This document shows, in pieces, positions 55,340 through 63,846 of a stretch of DNA of 64,000 bases (positions within the stretch are counted from its first letter, which is position 1; each line of letters begins with the position of its first letter). The stretch spans positions 3,176-67,175 of IMG/VR virus record IMGVR_UViG_3300042860_001108, one strand, 5' to 3'. This DNA comes from a virus. Made by a program: the position numbers and the translations under genes. The notes under the pieces are model-generated. The model did no database searches and was not told the origin of the DNA. It saw only the letters and a program-made list of their open reading frames with translations.

Positions 55340-55527
55340 ACCATCTCCTTGTAGGTGCGATAGTCGGCTTGCTCTTGCGGGCAGGGTGTGTGTCCGTGGG
55401 GCTGCATGTGGTTCTTCAGCATGCCTTCGCTGAGCCACTGAAGGCGCTGCTTGAACTCGATGAGGGGGCCGCACACCATCAGGGGTTGCGCGGACTCCAG
55501 CCACTTGCGGGCTTCTCGCTTTGTCAT
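55336..55527 (-). CDS. Hypothetical protein
   Basis: AAGGAG RBS, ATGA coupling. Confidence 0.5.
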   Translation of the reverse strand: MTKREARKWLESAQPLMVCGPLIEFKQRLQWLSEGMLKNHMQPHGHTPCPQEQADYRTYKEMV

Positions 55528-55567
55528 CACTCTCTCCTTGAGGTGGGGGAGAAATCTCCCCCGGTGG

Positions 55568-55711
55568 TTACGCCTTCTTCGCCGCCTTCTTGGCAGCACG
55601 CGCAGGGTTGTGCCTCTGCGCCACAGGCTCGGCCTTGTGGCTGGCCTGCGGGAGCAGGCGCTTGATCTCACGCTGCACCCAGGCAGCACGGACTTCCTTG
55701 ATGATGTTCAT
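55568..55711 (-). CDS. Small basic hypothetical protein
   Basis: AAGGAG RBS. Confidence 0.5.
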   Translation of the reverse strand: MNIIKEVRAAWVQREIKRLLPQASHKAEPVAQRHNPARAAKKAAKKA

Positions 55712-55803
55712 CACTCTCTCCTTCAAATGAAGCGCGGCCCATGCCGCGCCTAGTGCGAAGCGCACTGGCAAAGAGGACACGCAGTCCTCTTTAGCCGCTA
55801 CGC

Positions 55804-56094
55804 TTACCAGTTCTTTGCCAGCACCACTGCCAACACTTGGGCCAGCGTCAGGTAAGCGTCAGGTTCGTCTTCCCCGCTGAACCACACCTCGTACTTGCCG
55901 ACATGGTTGCCTGCGTGAAGCCTGCCCGTCACATCCCACAGGATGGAGTGCCCGTAGATGTGGCACTGCAACACGCCTTCCACAGCGCCTTTTACCCACT
56001 GCATCTCGCTCAGGAGTTGAGCCGCGTTCTCTGCCCGCAGGGCAACGTACGTGTTGGCAGCGGGTTCGTCGTGCACATATTCCATCGCGTTCAT
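55804..56094 (-). CDS. Hypothetical protein
   Basis: AGGAG RBS. Confidence 0.5.
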   Translation of the reverse strand: MNAMEYVHDEPAANTYVALRAENAAQLLSEMQWVKGAVEGVLQCHIYGHSILWDVTGRLHAGNHVGKYEVWFSGEDEPDAYLTLAQVLAVVLAKNW

Positions 56095-56204
56095 GATCTC
56101 TCTCCTAGCACGCCGCCCTCGACGAGGGCAACAAGCGCACTGGGCTGCGCGAACGCAGCCCGCTACGCTCGTAGCGGAATGGGGGAGAAATCTCCCCCGG
56201 TTGG

Positions 56205-56642
56205 TCACTCGAAGTCCAGCGTAGCCAGAGCACGCTCGTGTGCCGCGATGATCTGCTCACGGGTCAGGCCGACGTAGGCCTCAGCGACCCGCTCGACCGT
56301 GCCGTTCGGCAGGCGGATCTTGGCAGTCTTGGGCGCGACTTCGGCCTTGGCTGAGACACTGCGGACGATGTGGTAGGTGAAGTCACCACGCGCCTTGTCG
56401 TAGTCGCGCTGCTGCTCTGCGCTGCGGTCGTTGCGCGATGCGGCGCAGACACTCTCGGCTTGCTTGGGCGTGTAGCCCTGGCCGGTCAGGTGGTTAAGGA
56501 GCCACGAAACCCGCATCTCGCCCTGCTGCTCAGGCTCTGCGGCAACGTAGATGTTGTGCAAGGGCAGCGACGCGTCTCGTGTCAGGCGAACGTGTTGGCC
56601 GAGGTTGTGTGCGAACTCGTTCATGCTAATCAACTTCTTCAT
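56205..56642 (-). CDS. Hypothetical protein, first gene of the early arm
   Basis: GGAG RBS; follows the extended -10 element at 56717-56725. Confidence 0.6.
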   Translation of the reverse strand: MKKLISMNEFAHNLGQHVRLTRDASLPLHNIYVAAEPEQQGEMRVSWLLNHLTGQGYTPKQAESVCAASRNDRSAEQQRDYDKARGDFTYHIVRSVSAKAEVAPKTAKIRLPNGTVERVAEAYVGLTREQIIAAHERALATLDFE

Positions 56643-56716
56643 GATGCTCTCTCCGATGTGGGGGAGATTTCTCCCCCGGTTGATGCGACTAGGGCGAATC
56701 CCCAACCGCTGATGCT

Positions 56717-56725
56717 ATTTTACCA
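56717..56725 (-). promoter_or_regulatory. Extended -10 promoter element for the early arm
   Basis: TGgTAAAAT on the minus strand; no consensus -35, whose position is occupied by GGGGG-N8-CCCCC. Confidence 0.45.
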
Positions 56726-56779
56726 TATGGGGGTTCTTCTCCCCCCTTTTGACGTACCCTCGGACCCCACTATACCCCC

Positions 56780-57072
56780 ACCCCCTGGTTTGGTAGCGAG
56801 GGGGACGTTGTTGTATGAACACGAATCCACAACCATACTACACAAATTTTTACGTTTTAGCTGCACCCCACACTACACAAATTTTTCAAACTTCAGTTCC
56901 GTACTTTACTTTTCTCCCACCCCATACTACACAAAAAATACAAAAATATTCCCGCCAGCTTATTTATGTGTATTAAACACGCCCCTAACACATCTTCTAC
57001 AAACCGCAGCAAAAATTTCTACAAAATCCCAGACTTTTTCTGTCCAACTCTTGACACTACCATACAAAAAAA
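56780..57072. other. AT-rich, G-poor non-coding region between the divergent arms (candidate genome end, pac site or origin)
   Basis: ACTACACAAA at 56837, 56872 and 56926; multiple A/T tracts; upstream of the terminase genes. Confidence 0.5.
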
Positions 57073-57090
57073 TGCCCCGAACTTCGGGGC
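57066..57090 (-). terminator. Inverted repeat with T-tract (terminator-like)
   Basis: GCCCCGAA-c-TTCGGGGC preceded by A7 on the plus strand. Confidence 0.5.
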
Positions 57091-57137
57091 GCTAAAAGGA
57101 GCCTTGCGGCTACCTCAGGGAGAAAGCAAGTAAGGAC

Positions 57138-57166
57138 TTGCAAGGAGACAGACCCAACTGTACACT
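57138..57166 (+). promoter_or_regulatory. Sigma70-like promoter for the packaging/head operon
   Basis: TTGCAA-17 bp-TACACT. Confidence 0.6.
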
Positions 57167-57198
57167 GCGCCAAACTCGGACGCAAGCCCCGCTTTGAA

Positions 57199-57780
57199 AT
57201 GCTTGACCACCTGATTGACTTTGAGCCGCCTGTCTGCAATATCGCAGACACACTCCCCCTGGAGAAGGCTGATCCGCAAGCGCTCATCAACGCGCAGCAC
57301 GAGACGGCAAACTGGCTCGAGTCTATGGGAGCGCCCACTGCCGACACGGCAGATGCCGCAGCAGCCTCCTCGCTGGCGCAGAGCGCGTTCCAGGCGCTCG
57401 TCAAGCCCGACACCGATCCCAAGCAGAAGGCAGCGCTGCTGGCGCTCAAGACACCCGCTGCGGTGCGCCACCTCACGGGCATGCTCACAGCCTATGACTG
57501 GGAGTTCGTCAATCAGGCCAAGGAGCTTCGGGGTTACGCGGTGTCGAAGATCCTCGAAGAGGTAGAGCACCCGGATGCCCGCATCCGCCTGCGTGCCTTG
57601 GAGTTGCTGGGCCGGGTCACTGAGGTGGCGCTCTTCACCGACAGAGTTGAGGTCAAAAAGACGGACATCACGGATCAGGAGCTTGAGAGCAAGCTCAAAG
57701 AGAAGCTGGCGCGGTTCATGAACGTCACCGACGTTACCCCGACAGACGTAACTCCCCTGCTCAGCAATGAAGCTGCCTGA
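57199..57780 (+). CDS. Putative terminase small subunit
   Basis: Immediately upstream of and overlapping TerL; RLRALELLG...V.LF motif. Confidence 0.65.
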   Translation: MLDHLIDFEPPVCNIADTLPLEKADPQALINAQHETANWLESMGAPTADTADAAAASSLAQSAFQALVKPDTDPKQKAALLALKTPAAVRHLTGMLTAYDWEFVNQAKELRGYAVSKILEEVEHPDARIRLRALELLGRVTEVALFTDRVEVKKTDITDQELESKLKEKLARFMNVTDVTPTDVTPLLSNEAA

Positions 57781-59320
57781 TTTCCTGACGCCCAAGCAGG
57801 CGCAGGCCATCCAGGCCGCGCTCCCCACTATGAGTGTGCGGGAGAAAATGGAGCTTTTTGACCTCCTAGAAGAGAAAGAGCGCCGACACCGCCTAACGGC
57901 TGCGCAAAACAGCCTCTTAGGCTTCGCTCATTTCAGCTATCCAGGCTTCAAAGAAGGCGCCCACCATAGAAAGCTTGCACAAATTTTCGAAGAAGTGATC
58001 TCCGGCGTTAAACGCCGGGTGATTATCAACATCGCGCCTCGTATGGGCAAGTCGGAGTTCAGTTCTTACCTGTTTCCGGCCTACTTTTTGGGCAAATTCC
58101 CGCACAAAAAGATCATCATGGGGACGCACACGTCGTCTCTGTCAGAAGACTTCGGTCGGCGCATCAGAAACCTCATCGAAACGCCCGAATACAACACCAT
58201 TTTTCCCGATACGCAGGTCTCAGAGGACCAAAAAGCGTCAGGTAAATGGTCTACGAGTGCCGGAGGTCAGTATTACGCTGTTGGCGTCGGTGGTAGCATC
58301 GCCGGTCGGGGCGCTGACCTGTTCGTCATTGACGATCCGCACTCAGAACAGGACATCAAGGCAGGCACACGCACGCCGTTCGACGCTGCATGGGGTTGGT
58401 TCCAGACAGGGCCTCTGCAGCGCCTGATGCCAGGGGGCGCGATCATCGTGATCATGACCCGGTGGTCTCAGTTGGACCTCACGGGCATGCTGATCAGCCA
58501 CCAGATCAAGAATCCCGACGCGGACAAGTGGGAGATCGTGGAGCTTCCGGCCATCATGCACGAGCACACGCCGCAGGAGAAGTCTCTGTGGCCTGAGCAG
58601 TGGCCCCTGGAGCAGCTTCAGGCCAAGCGTGCGGGCATGGACCCGAGGTTCTGGCAGGCGCAGTACATGCAGAACCCCACCTCGGAGGTGGCAGCGGTCA
58701 TCAAGCGCGAGATGTGGAAGATCTGGGAGCCAGAGCGCCCACCATCCTGTGAGTACATCATCCAGTCGTGGGATACCGCGCACGAGACCAAGACCAGCGC
58801 TGACTACAGCGCATGCACCACGTGGGGTGTGTGGTTCAACGAGGAAGACAACGATAACGCACATATCATTCTTTTAGACGCGATCAAAGGGCGGTGGGCA
58901 TTCCCGGATCTCAAGAAACGTGCCAGTGAGTACTACAACGAGTGGGAGCCTGATGCGTGTCTGATCGAGAAGAAAGCTGCTGGAGCGCCGCTCATTCAGG
59001 AGCTTCGGGCGATGGGCATACCCATCAGCGAGTTCAGCCCCAGCCGAGGCAAGAACGGCACCAGCAACGACAAGGTGGTGCGCCTGAACGCGGTGTCCGA
59101 CATGTTCACCTCAGGCCGTGTGTGGGTGCCAGACACCCGCTGGGCACGAGAGCTTGTGGAGGAGGTCGCGGCCTTCCCCGCTGGTGAGCACGACGACTAT
59201 GTTGATACGATGACCCAGGCGCTCATGCGCATGCGCAACGGAGGCTTCATACGCCTGCCGTCCGATGAGCCCGAGGAGCCCCGACACTTCCGCAGCCTGA
59301 GACGGGCTGCGTACTACTGA
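57767..59320 (+). CDS. terL: Terminase large subunit
   Basis: APRMGKS Walker A, GRGADL.VIDDP, MTRW, QSWDTA...ADYSA, IEKKA.G, FP.GEHDD.VD. Confidence 0.95.
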   Translation: MKLPDFLTPKQAQAIQAALPTMSVREKMELFDLLEEKERRHRLTAAQNSLLGFAHFSYPGFKEGAHHRKLAQIFEEVISGVKRRVIINIAPRMGKSEFSSYLFPAYFLGKFPHKKIIMGTHTSSLSEDFGRRIRNLIETPEYNTIFPDTQVSEDQKASGKWSTSAGGQYYAVGVGGSIAGRGADLFVIDDPHSEQDIKAGTRTPFDAAWGWFQTGPLQRLMPGGAIIVIMTRWSQLDLTGMLISHQIKNPDADKWEIVELPAIMHEHTPQEKSLWPEQWPLEQLQAKRAGMDPRFWQAQYMQNPTSEVAAVIKREMWKIWEPERPPSCEYIIQSWDTAHETKTSADYSACTTWGVWFNEEDNDNAHIILLDAIKGRWAFPDLKKRASEYYNEWEPDACLIEKKAAGAPLIQELRAMGIPISEFSPSRGKNGTSNDKVVRLNAVSDMFTSGRVWVPDTRWARELVEEVAAFPAGEHDDYVDTMTQALMRMRNGGFIRLPSDEPEEPRHFRSLRRAAYY

Positions 59321-59328
59321 AAGCGCAC

Positions 59329-61878
59329 ATGGCAACGAATATCGACAAAGCGGTGTACAGCGACCCCTCTCTGCCCATAGGGGATTTTGACGCTGGACCA
59401 GCCATCGAGATTGAGATCGAAGACCCCAAAGGGGTCAGCATCGGCATTGACGGCTTGGAGATCGACCTCATGCCTACCAGCCAGGGCAGCGAGGACTTCA
59501 CGGCCAACCTTGCCGATGAGCTTGACGAGGGGGCGCTCAACACCATCGGCGGCGATATCGAGGGCGATATCGATCAGGACAAAAACTCCCGCAAGGACTG
59601 GGAGAAAGCCTACACCGAGGGCCTGAAGCTCTTGGGTCTGCAGATCGAAGAGCGCACCGAGCCGTGGAACGGCGCGTGTGGCGTGTTCCACCCCATGATC
59701 ACCGAAGCGGTGGTGCGGTTCCAGTCCGAGATGATCACCGAAACCTTCCCCGCGCAGGGGCCGGTGCGGACCAAGATCATTGGCAAAGAGACGCCAGACG
59801 TCAAGGAAGCCGCGATTCGGGTTCAGGACGACATGAACTTCGAGTTGACCGAGACGATGAAGGAGTTCCGTCCAGAGCATGAGCGCATGCTGTGGAGCCT
59901 CCCGGCCACGGGCTCGGCGTTCAAGAAGGTGTACTACGACCCGAGCCTGGAGCGCCAAGTTTCCATGTTCGTGCCCGCAGAAGACATTCTCCTGCCCTAT
60001 GGCACCACGGATCTCGACACCTGTAGACGCCTGACGCACGTCATGCGCAAGAGCAAGAACGAGATTCTCAAGCTGCAGGCAGCGGGGTTTTACCGCGATG
60101 TGGAACTAGGCGAGCCCGACAAACACCTGACAGACATCCAGAAAGCCAAGGACAAAGAGACAGGCTTCAGTGACCTGAATGACGACAGGTTCACGCTGTA
60201 CGAGGTGCACGTGGATCTGTGCATCAAGGAAGACCCGTACGGTGAAGGGGAAGACTCGGAGATTGCGCTGCCCTACGTGGTCACGCTGATCAAGGGCACC
60301 AACGACATCCTGGCTATACGGCGCAACTGGAACGAGGATGACAAGCTCAAACTCAAGCGCCAGCACTTCGTTCACTACCAGTACATCCCTGGCTTCGGTG
60401 CGTACGGCTTCGGCTTGTTCCACCTGATTGGTGGTTTCGCCAAGAGTGCGACGAGCATCATGCGTCAGCTTGTGGACGCGGGCACGTTGAGCAATCTCCC
60501 TGGCGGTCTGAAGAGCCGTGGCCTGCGGATCAAGGGCGACGACACCCCCATCGCCCCGGGCGAGTTCCGGGACGTGGACATCCCCTCTGGTGCCCTGAGG
60601 GACAACATCCTGCCGCTGCCGTACAAGGAGCCCTCCACGGTCCTGTACCAGTTGCTCGGCAACATCGTGGACGAGGGCAGACGCTTCGCTGCCACTGCCG
60701 ACATGAAGGTGTCGGACATGTCCGCCCAGACGCCTGTGGGCACCACCCTGGCGCTGCTCGAGCGCCAGCTTAAGGTCTTGACGGCAGTCCAGGCCCGCAC
60801 GCACTACTCGCTCAAACAGGAGTTGAAGCTCCTCAAAAACATCATCCGTGACTACACGGACCCGGACTACACCTACGATCCCGAGTATGGGTCGAAGAAG
60901 GCCAAGAAGGCGGACTACGACCTCGTTGATGTCATCCCCGTCAGCGATCCCAACGCGGCGACCATGTCGCAGCGCGTGGTGCAGTACCAAGCCGTCATTC
61001 AGATGGCGCAGATGGCACCGGACATCTACGACCTGCCGCAGTTGCACCGAGCGATGCTGGACGTGCTGGGAATCAAGAACGCCGAGAAGCTTGTGCCCAT
61101 CGAGGAGGATCAGTTGCCCAAGGATCCGGTGACTGAGAACCAGAACGTGCTGAAGAACAAGCCCATGAAGGCGTTCCTGCACCAGGACCACCAGTCGCAC
61201 ATCCAGGTGCACATGATGCTGCTGCAAGACCCGGTGGTGGCGCAGTTCATCGGGCAGAACCCCCGCGCACCGCAGATCCAGGCCGCGCTGACTGCACACG
61301 TTGCAGAGCATGTGGGCTACCTCATGCGCCAGAAGATCGAGCAGCAGCTTGGCATGTCGCTGCCCCCGGAGGACGAGAAGCTCCCGCCGCAGATCGAGAT
61401 CGCGCTCAGCAGCATGATGGCCCAGGCCGCACAGCAGGTGCTCCAGCAGGACATGGCCAAGGCCGCACAGCAACAAGCCCAGCAGCAGGCACAAGACCCC
61501 GTGCTCCAGATGCAGCAGATGGAGCTTCAGTTGCGCCAGCAAGAGCTTCAGATCAAGCAAGCCGAGGCGCAGGCCAAGGCCCAGATGGCGCAGCAGGACG
61601 CGCAGATGAGAGCGCAGAAGATGGCCCTCGATGCTGCTGCTCAAGCCGACCGCCAAGAGCTTGAGGAAGAAAAAGTCAAGGGTGATCTGGAGCTTCGGGC
61701 GATGAAAACCCAAGCAGATATTGAGCGTGACAAGGCCAACCTCATTGCACAACAAGAACGCGAAGGCGTTCGGATGGGTATCGAGGTAGCTAAGACTCGC
61801 ACACAAACACAATTCCAAGCCCGTAGCAAGGCGCTTGATTATGACGTTGCCACGAAGAAGCAAGGAGCGCCTAAATGA
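59329..61878 (+). CDS. Portal protein (podovirus-type, Gln-rich C-terminal coil)
   Basis: Follows TerL; GSAFKKVYYD, RQLVDAGTLSNLP; long Gln-rich helix. Confidence 0.85.
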   Translation: MATNIDKAVYSDPSLPIGDFDAGPAIEIEIEDPKGVSIGIDGLEIDLMPTSQGSEDFTANLADELDEGALNTIGGDIEGDIDQDKNSRKDWEKAYTEGLKLLGLQIEERTEPWNGACGVFHPMITEAVVRFQSEMITETFPAQGPVRTKIIGKETPDVKEAAIRVQDDMNFELTETMKEFRPEHERMLWSLPATGSAFKKVYYDPSLERQVSMFVPAEDILLPYGTTDLDTCRRLTHVMRKSKNEILKLQAAGFYRDVELGEPDKHLTDIQKAKDKETGFSDLNDDRFTLYEVHVDLCIKEDPYGEGEDSEIALPYVVTLIKGTNDILAIRRNWNEDDKLKLKRQHFVHYQYIPGFGAYGFGLFHLIGGFAKSATSIMRQLVDAGTLSNLPGGLKSRGLRIKGDDTPIAPGEFRDVDIPSGALRDNILPLPYKEPSTVLYQLLGNIVDEGRRFAATADMKVSDMSAQTPVGTTLALLERQLKVLTAVQARTHYSLKQELKLLKNIIRDYTDPDYTYDPEYGSKKAKKADYDLVDVIPVSDPNAATMSQRVVQYQAVIQMAQMAPDIYDLPQLHRAMLDVLGIKNAEKLVPIEEDQLPKDPVTENQNVLKNKPMKAFLHQDHQSHIQVHMMLLQDPVVAQFIGQNPRAPQIQAALTAHVAEHVGYLMRQKIEQQLGMSLPPEDEKLPPQIEIALSSMMAQAAQQVLQQDMAKAAQQQAQQQAQDPVLQMQQMELQLRQQELQIKQAEAQAKAQMAQQDAQMRAQKMALDAAAQADRQELEEEKVKGDLELRAMKTQADIERDKANLIAQQEREGVRMGIEVAKTRTQTQFQARSKALDYDVATKKQGAPK

Positions 61879-62069
61879 TCAAAAAGTTTGCCGACGTATT
61901 GCGTCAACAGATTCGTGAAGACATGAACAACTACGCCGATTCGCTTTCCGGCGGAGCATGTCGCAGCTTCGATGAGTATCAAAAACTCTGCGGTGTCATT
62001 CAAGGTCTAGCCATCGCGGAGCGTTATTTACTTGACCTTGCACAGAAAGCGGAAGACGACGATGAGTGA
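61875..62069 (+). CDS. Small conserved head-module protein
   Basis: L..G....FDEYQ..CG.IQGL. Confidence 0.7.
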   Translation: MIKKFADVLRQQIREDMNNYADSLSGGACRSFDEYQKLCGVIQGLAIAERYLLDLAQKAEDDDE

Positions 62070-62460
62070 ACTACTCCTGAGCGACGGCCAAAACACAACC
62101 GTGTTGCCGCAAACTGATGAGGAAAAGGCCCGACAAGTGCCTGATCCTGTGACCTACCACTTGCTCTGCGTTCTGCCTAAAGCGGAGGAAGAGTACGAAA
62201 GTGGTCTGGTCAAAGCAGGGCAGACCATGCACTTTGAAGAAGTGATGAGCCCAGTTCTGTTTGTCGCCAAGATGGGACCAGACTGCTACAAAGATCCTCT
62301 TCGGTTCCCTAGTGGTCCATCCTGCAAAGTCGGTGACTTCGTGCTGGTTCGGCCCAATTCTGGTACGCGGCTGAAGATCCACGGCCAAGAGTTTCGCATC
62401 ATCAACGACGACAGCGTTGAGGCGGTCGTCCAAGATCCACGCGGCATCAAGCGGTCATAA
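62062..62460 (+). CDS. GroES-like co-chaperonin
   Basis: P.P..Y..L...V.KMGPDCYKD..RFP.GP.CK.GDFV......G.R..I.G.EFRIINDD.VEAVV. Confidence 0.85.
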   Translation: MSELLLSDGQNTTVLPQTDEEKARQVPDPVTYHLLCVLPKAEEEYESGLVKAGQTMHFEEVMSPVLFVAKMGPDCYKDPLRFPSGPSCKVGDFVLVRPNSGTRLKIHGQEFRIINDDSVEAVVQDPRGIKRS

Positions 62461-62470
62461 GGAGTAACAC

Positions 62471-63391
62471 ATGAACGAATTTAAGTTCCCCGATGAGATT
62501 GAGGCTGAAAAGCCCGCAGACGCTACTGACGAAATCGAGATCGAGATTGTCGATGACACCCCTGAAAAAGACCGTGGCCGCAAGCCGCTGGACAAGGAGG
62601 TTGCGGACCCGACGGATGACGAGATCGAGTCTTATTCCGACAAGGTGCAGTCGCGCATCAAGGAGTTGACGCATGCACGCCACGACGAGCGACGGCAGAA
62701 AGAAGCGGTGGCCCGTGAAAAAGCTGAGCTTGAGCGCCTCGCGCAGCACCTGATCAACGAGAACAACGCGCTCAAGCGCAACGTTAATCAAGGGCAAGAG
62801 GTCATCATCTCTTCGGCGCGCAAGGAAGCCGAGACACAGCTTGAGACCGCACGCCGCAACCTCAAGGCCGCACAAGAGGCGTTCGACACGGACGCCATCA
62901 TCGCTGCACAAGAGGCGTTGGCAGAAGCGACTTGGGAAATGCGGACGGCAAAGAATTTTCGTGCCCCCGCTTTACAAGAAACGCAATATGCGGTACAACC
63001 CGAACCAGCACCGCAAGCCCAGGTGCAACCGGACGAAAAGTCCCTGCGCTGGCAGGCAAAAAACCAGTGGTTCGGTCAGCCTGGGTTCGAGGAATACACC
63101 AGCTACGCACTAGGGCTGCACCAGAAGCTAGTCAACGGGGGCACTGACCCTCGCTCGGATGAGTACTTCGACCAGATTGACGGTCGCATGAAAACCCAGT
63201 TCCCCGAAATCTTCGGCGGAGCAGACACCAAGCAGAAACGCCCGACCACGGTTGTGGCCTCTGCAGCACGTACAACCGGGACCGGAAAGGTTCGCTTGAC
63301 GCAAACACAGCTTGCGTTGGCGAAGAAATACGGGCTCACCCCGCAACAGTACGCAATTGAAGTGGCTAAGTTGGAGAGACAAAATGGCTGA
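62471..63391 (+). CDS. Putative capsid scaffolding protein
   Basis: Acidic N-terminus, coiled coil, W...N.WFG, C-terminal VRLT..Q.ALAKK.GLT..QYA. Confidence 0.75.
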   Translation: MNEFKFPDEIEAEKPADATDEIEIEIVDDTPEKDRGRKPLDKEVADPTDDEIESYSDKVQSRIKELTHARHDERRQKEAVAREKAELERLAQHLINENNALKRNVNQGQEVIISSARKEAETQLETARRNLKAAQEAFDTDAIIAAQEALAEATWEMRTAKNFRAPALQETQYAVQPEPAPQAQVQPDEKSLRWQAKNQWFGQPGFEEYTSYALGLHQKLVNGGTDPRSDEYFDQIDGRMKTQFPEIFGGADTKQKRPTTVVASAARTTGTGKVRLTQTQLALAKKYGLTPQQYAIEVAKLERQNG

Positions 63392-63830
63392 ACGTAATCC
63401 CCGTGAACTGGAAACCCGAGCGAAGGCTGAGAGGCCCAAGCAGTGGATGGTTCCTGATGTGCTTCCCCATGTAAATGAGGAGCCTGGATATGCCATGCGC
63501 TGGATTCGTGTGAGTACCCTTGGTAACGCCGACCCGCGCAATGTTTCCATGAAGCTGCAAGAGGGCTGGGAGCCCGTCAAGGCTAGTGATCACCCAGAGA
63601 CGTATGTTGCGGAGACCGGCGCGGGCCGCTTCCCGGACAGCATTCAGATCGGTGGCCTGATGCTTTGCAAAACACCGAAGGAGTTCACTGAACAACGGAA
63701 CGCCTTTTATCAGCGTCAAGCTGATGGGCAGATGGCGTCAGTGGACAACAACTACATGCGCGAGAGTGACCCCCGCATGCCTCTTTTCCGAGAGCGCAAG
63801 TCTGAGGTGTCGTTCGGACGCGGTACTTAA
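63384..63830 (+). CDS. Conserved head-module protein
   Basis: RWIR.S..G..D..NVS.KL.EGWEPV...IGGL.LCK. Confidence 0.75.
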   Translation: MAERNPRELETRAKAERPKQWMVPDVLPHVNEEPGYAMRWIRVSTLGNADPRNVSMKLQEGWEPVKASDHPETYVAETGAGRFPDSIQIGGLMLCKTPKEFTEQRNAFYQRQADGQMASVDNNYMRESDPRMPLFRERKSEVSFGRGT

Positions 63831-63846
63831 ACTTTAGGAGTCTCAC

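Larger units (their letters stand above)
50071..55792. repeat. Dispersed 23-24-bp quasi-palindrome AAWGRGGAC-N5/6-GTCCYCWTT (5 copies)
   Basis: 50071-50094, 52353-52376, 54557-54580, 55082-55104, 55770-55792; four lie immediately 5' of a minus-strand RBS. Confidence 0.8.
52383..56677. repeat. Dispersed 18-bp palindrome GGGGGAGA-WW-TCTCCCCC (5 copies)
   Basis: 52383-52400, 52936-52953 (2 mismatches), 55545-55562, 56181-56198, 56660-56677; all intergenic. Confidence 0.85.

Noticed and set aside
52383-56677. Palindromic repeats as a CRISPR array
   Set aside because: The copies are hundreds to thousands of bp apart with genes between them, and there are no regular spacers
60106-61863. 585-aa minus-strand ORF (also 43851..45410, 31278..32621 and 35339..36556)
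   Set aside because: These are antisense shadows of GC3-rich genes (portal, polA, giant protein, primase) with L/V/H/R-rich composition and no motifs, unlike the nested intein ORF, which has a full nuclease signature
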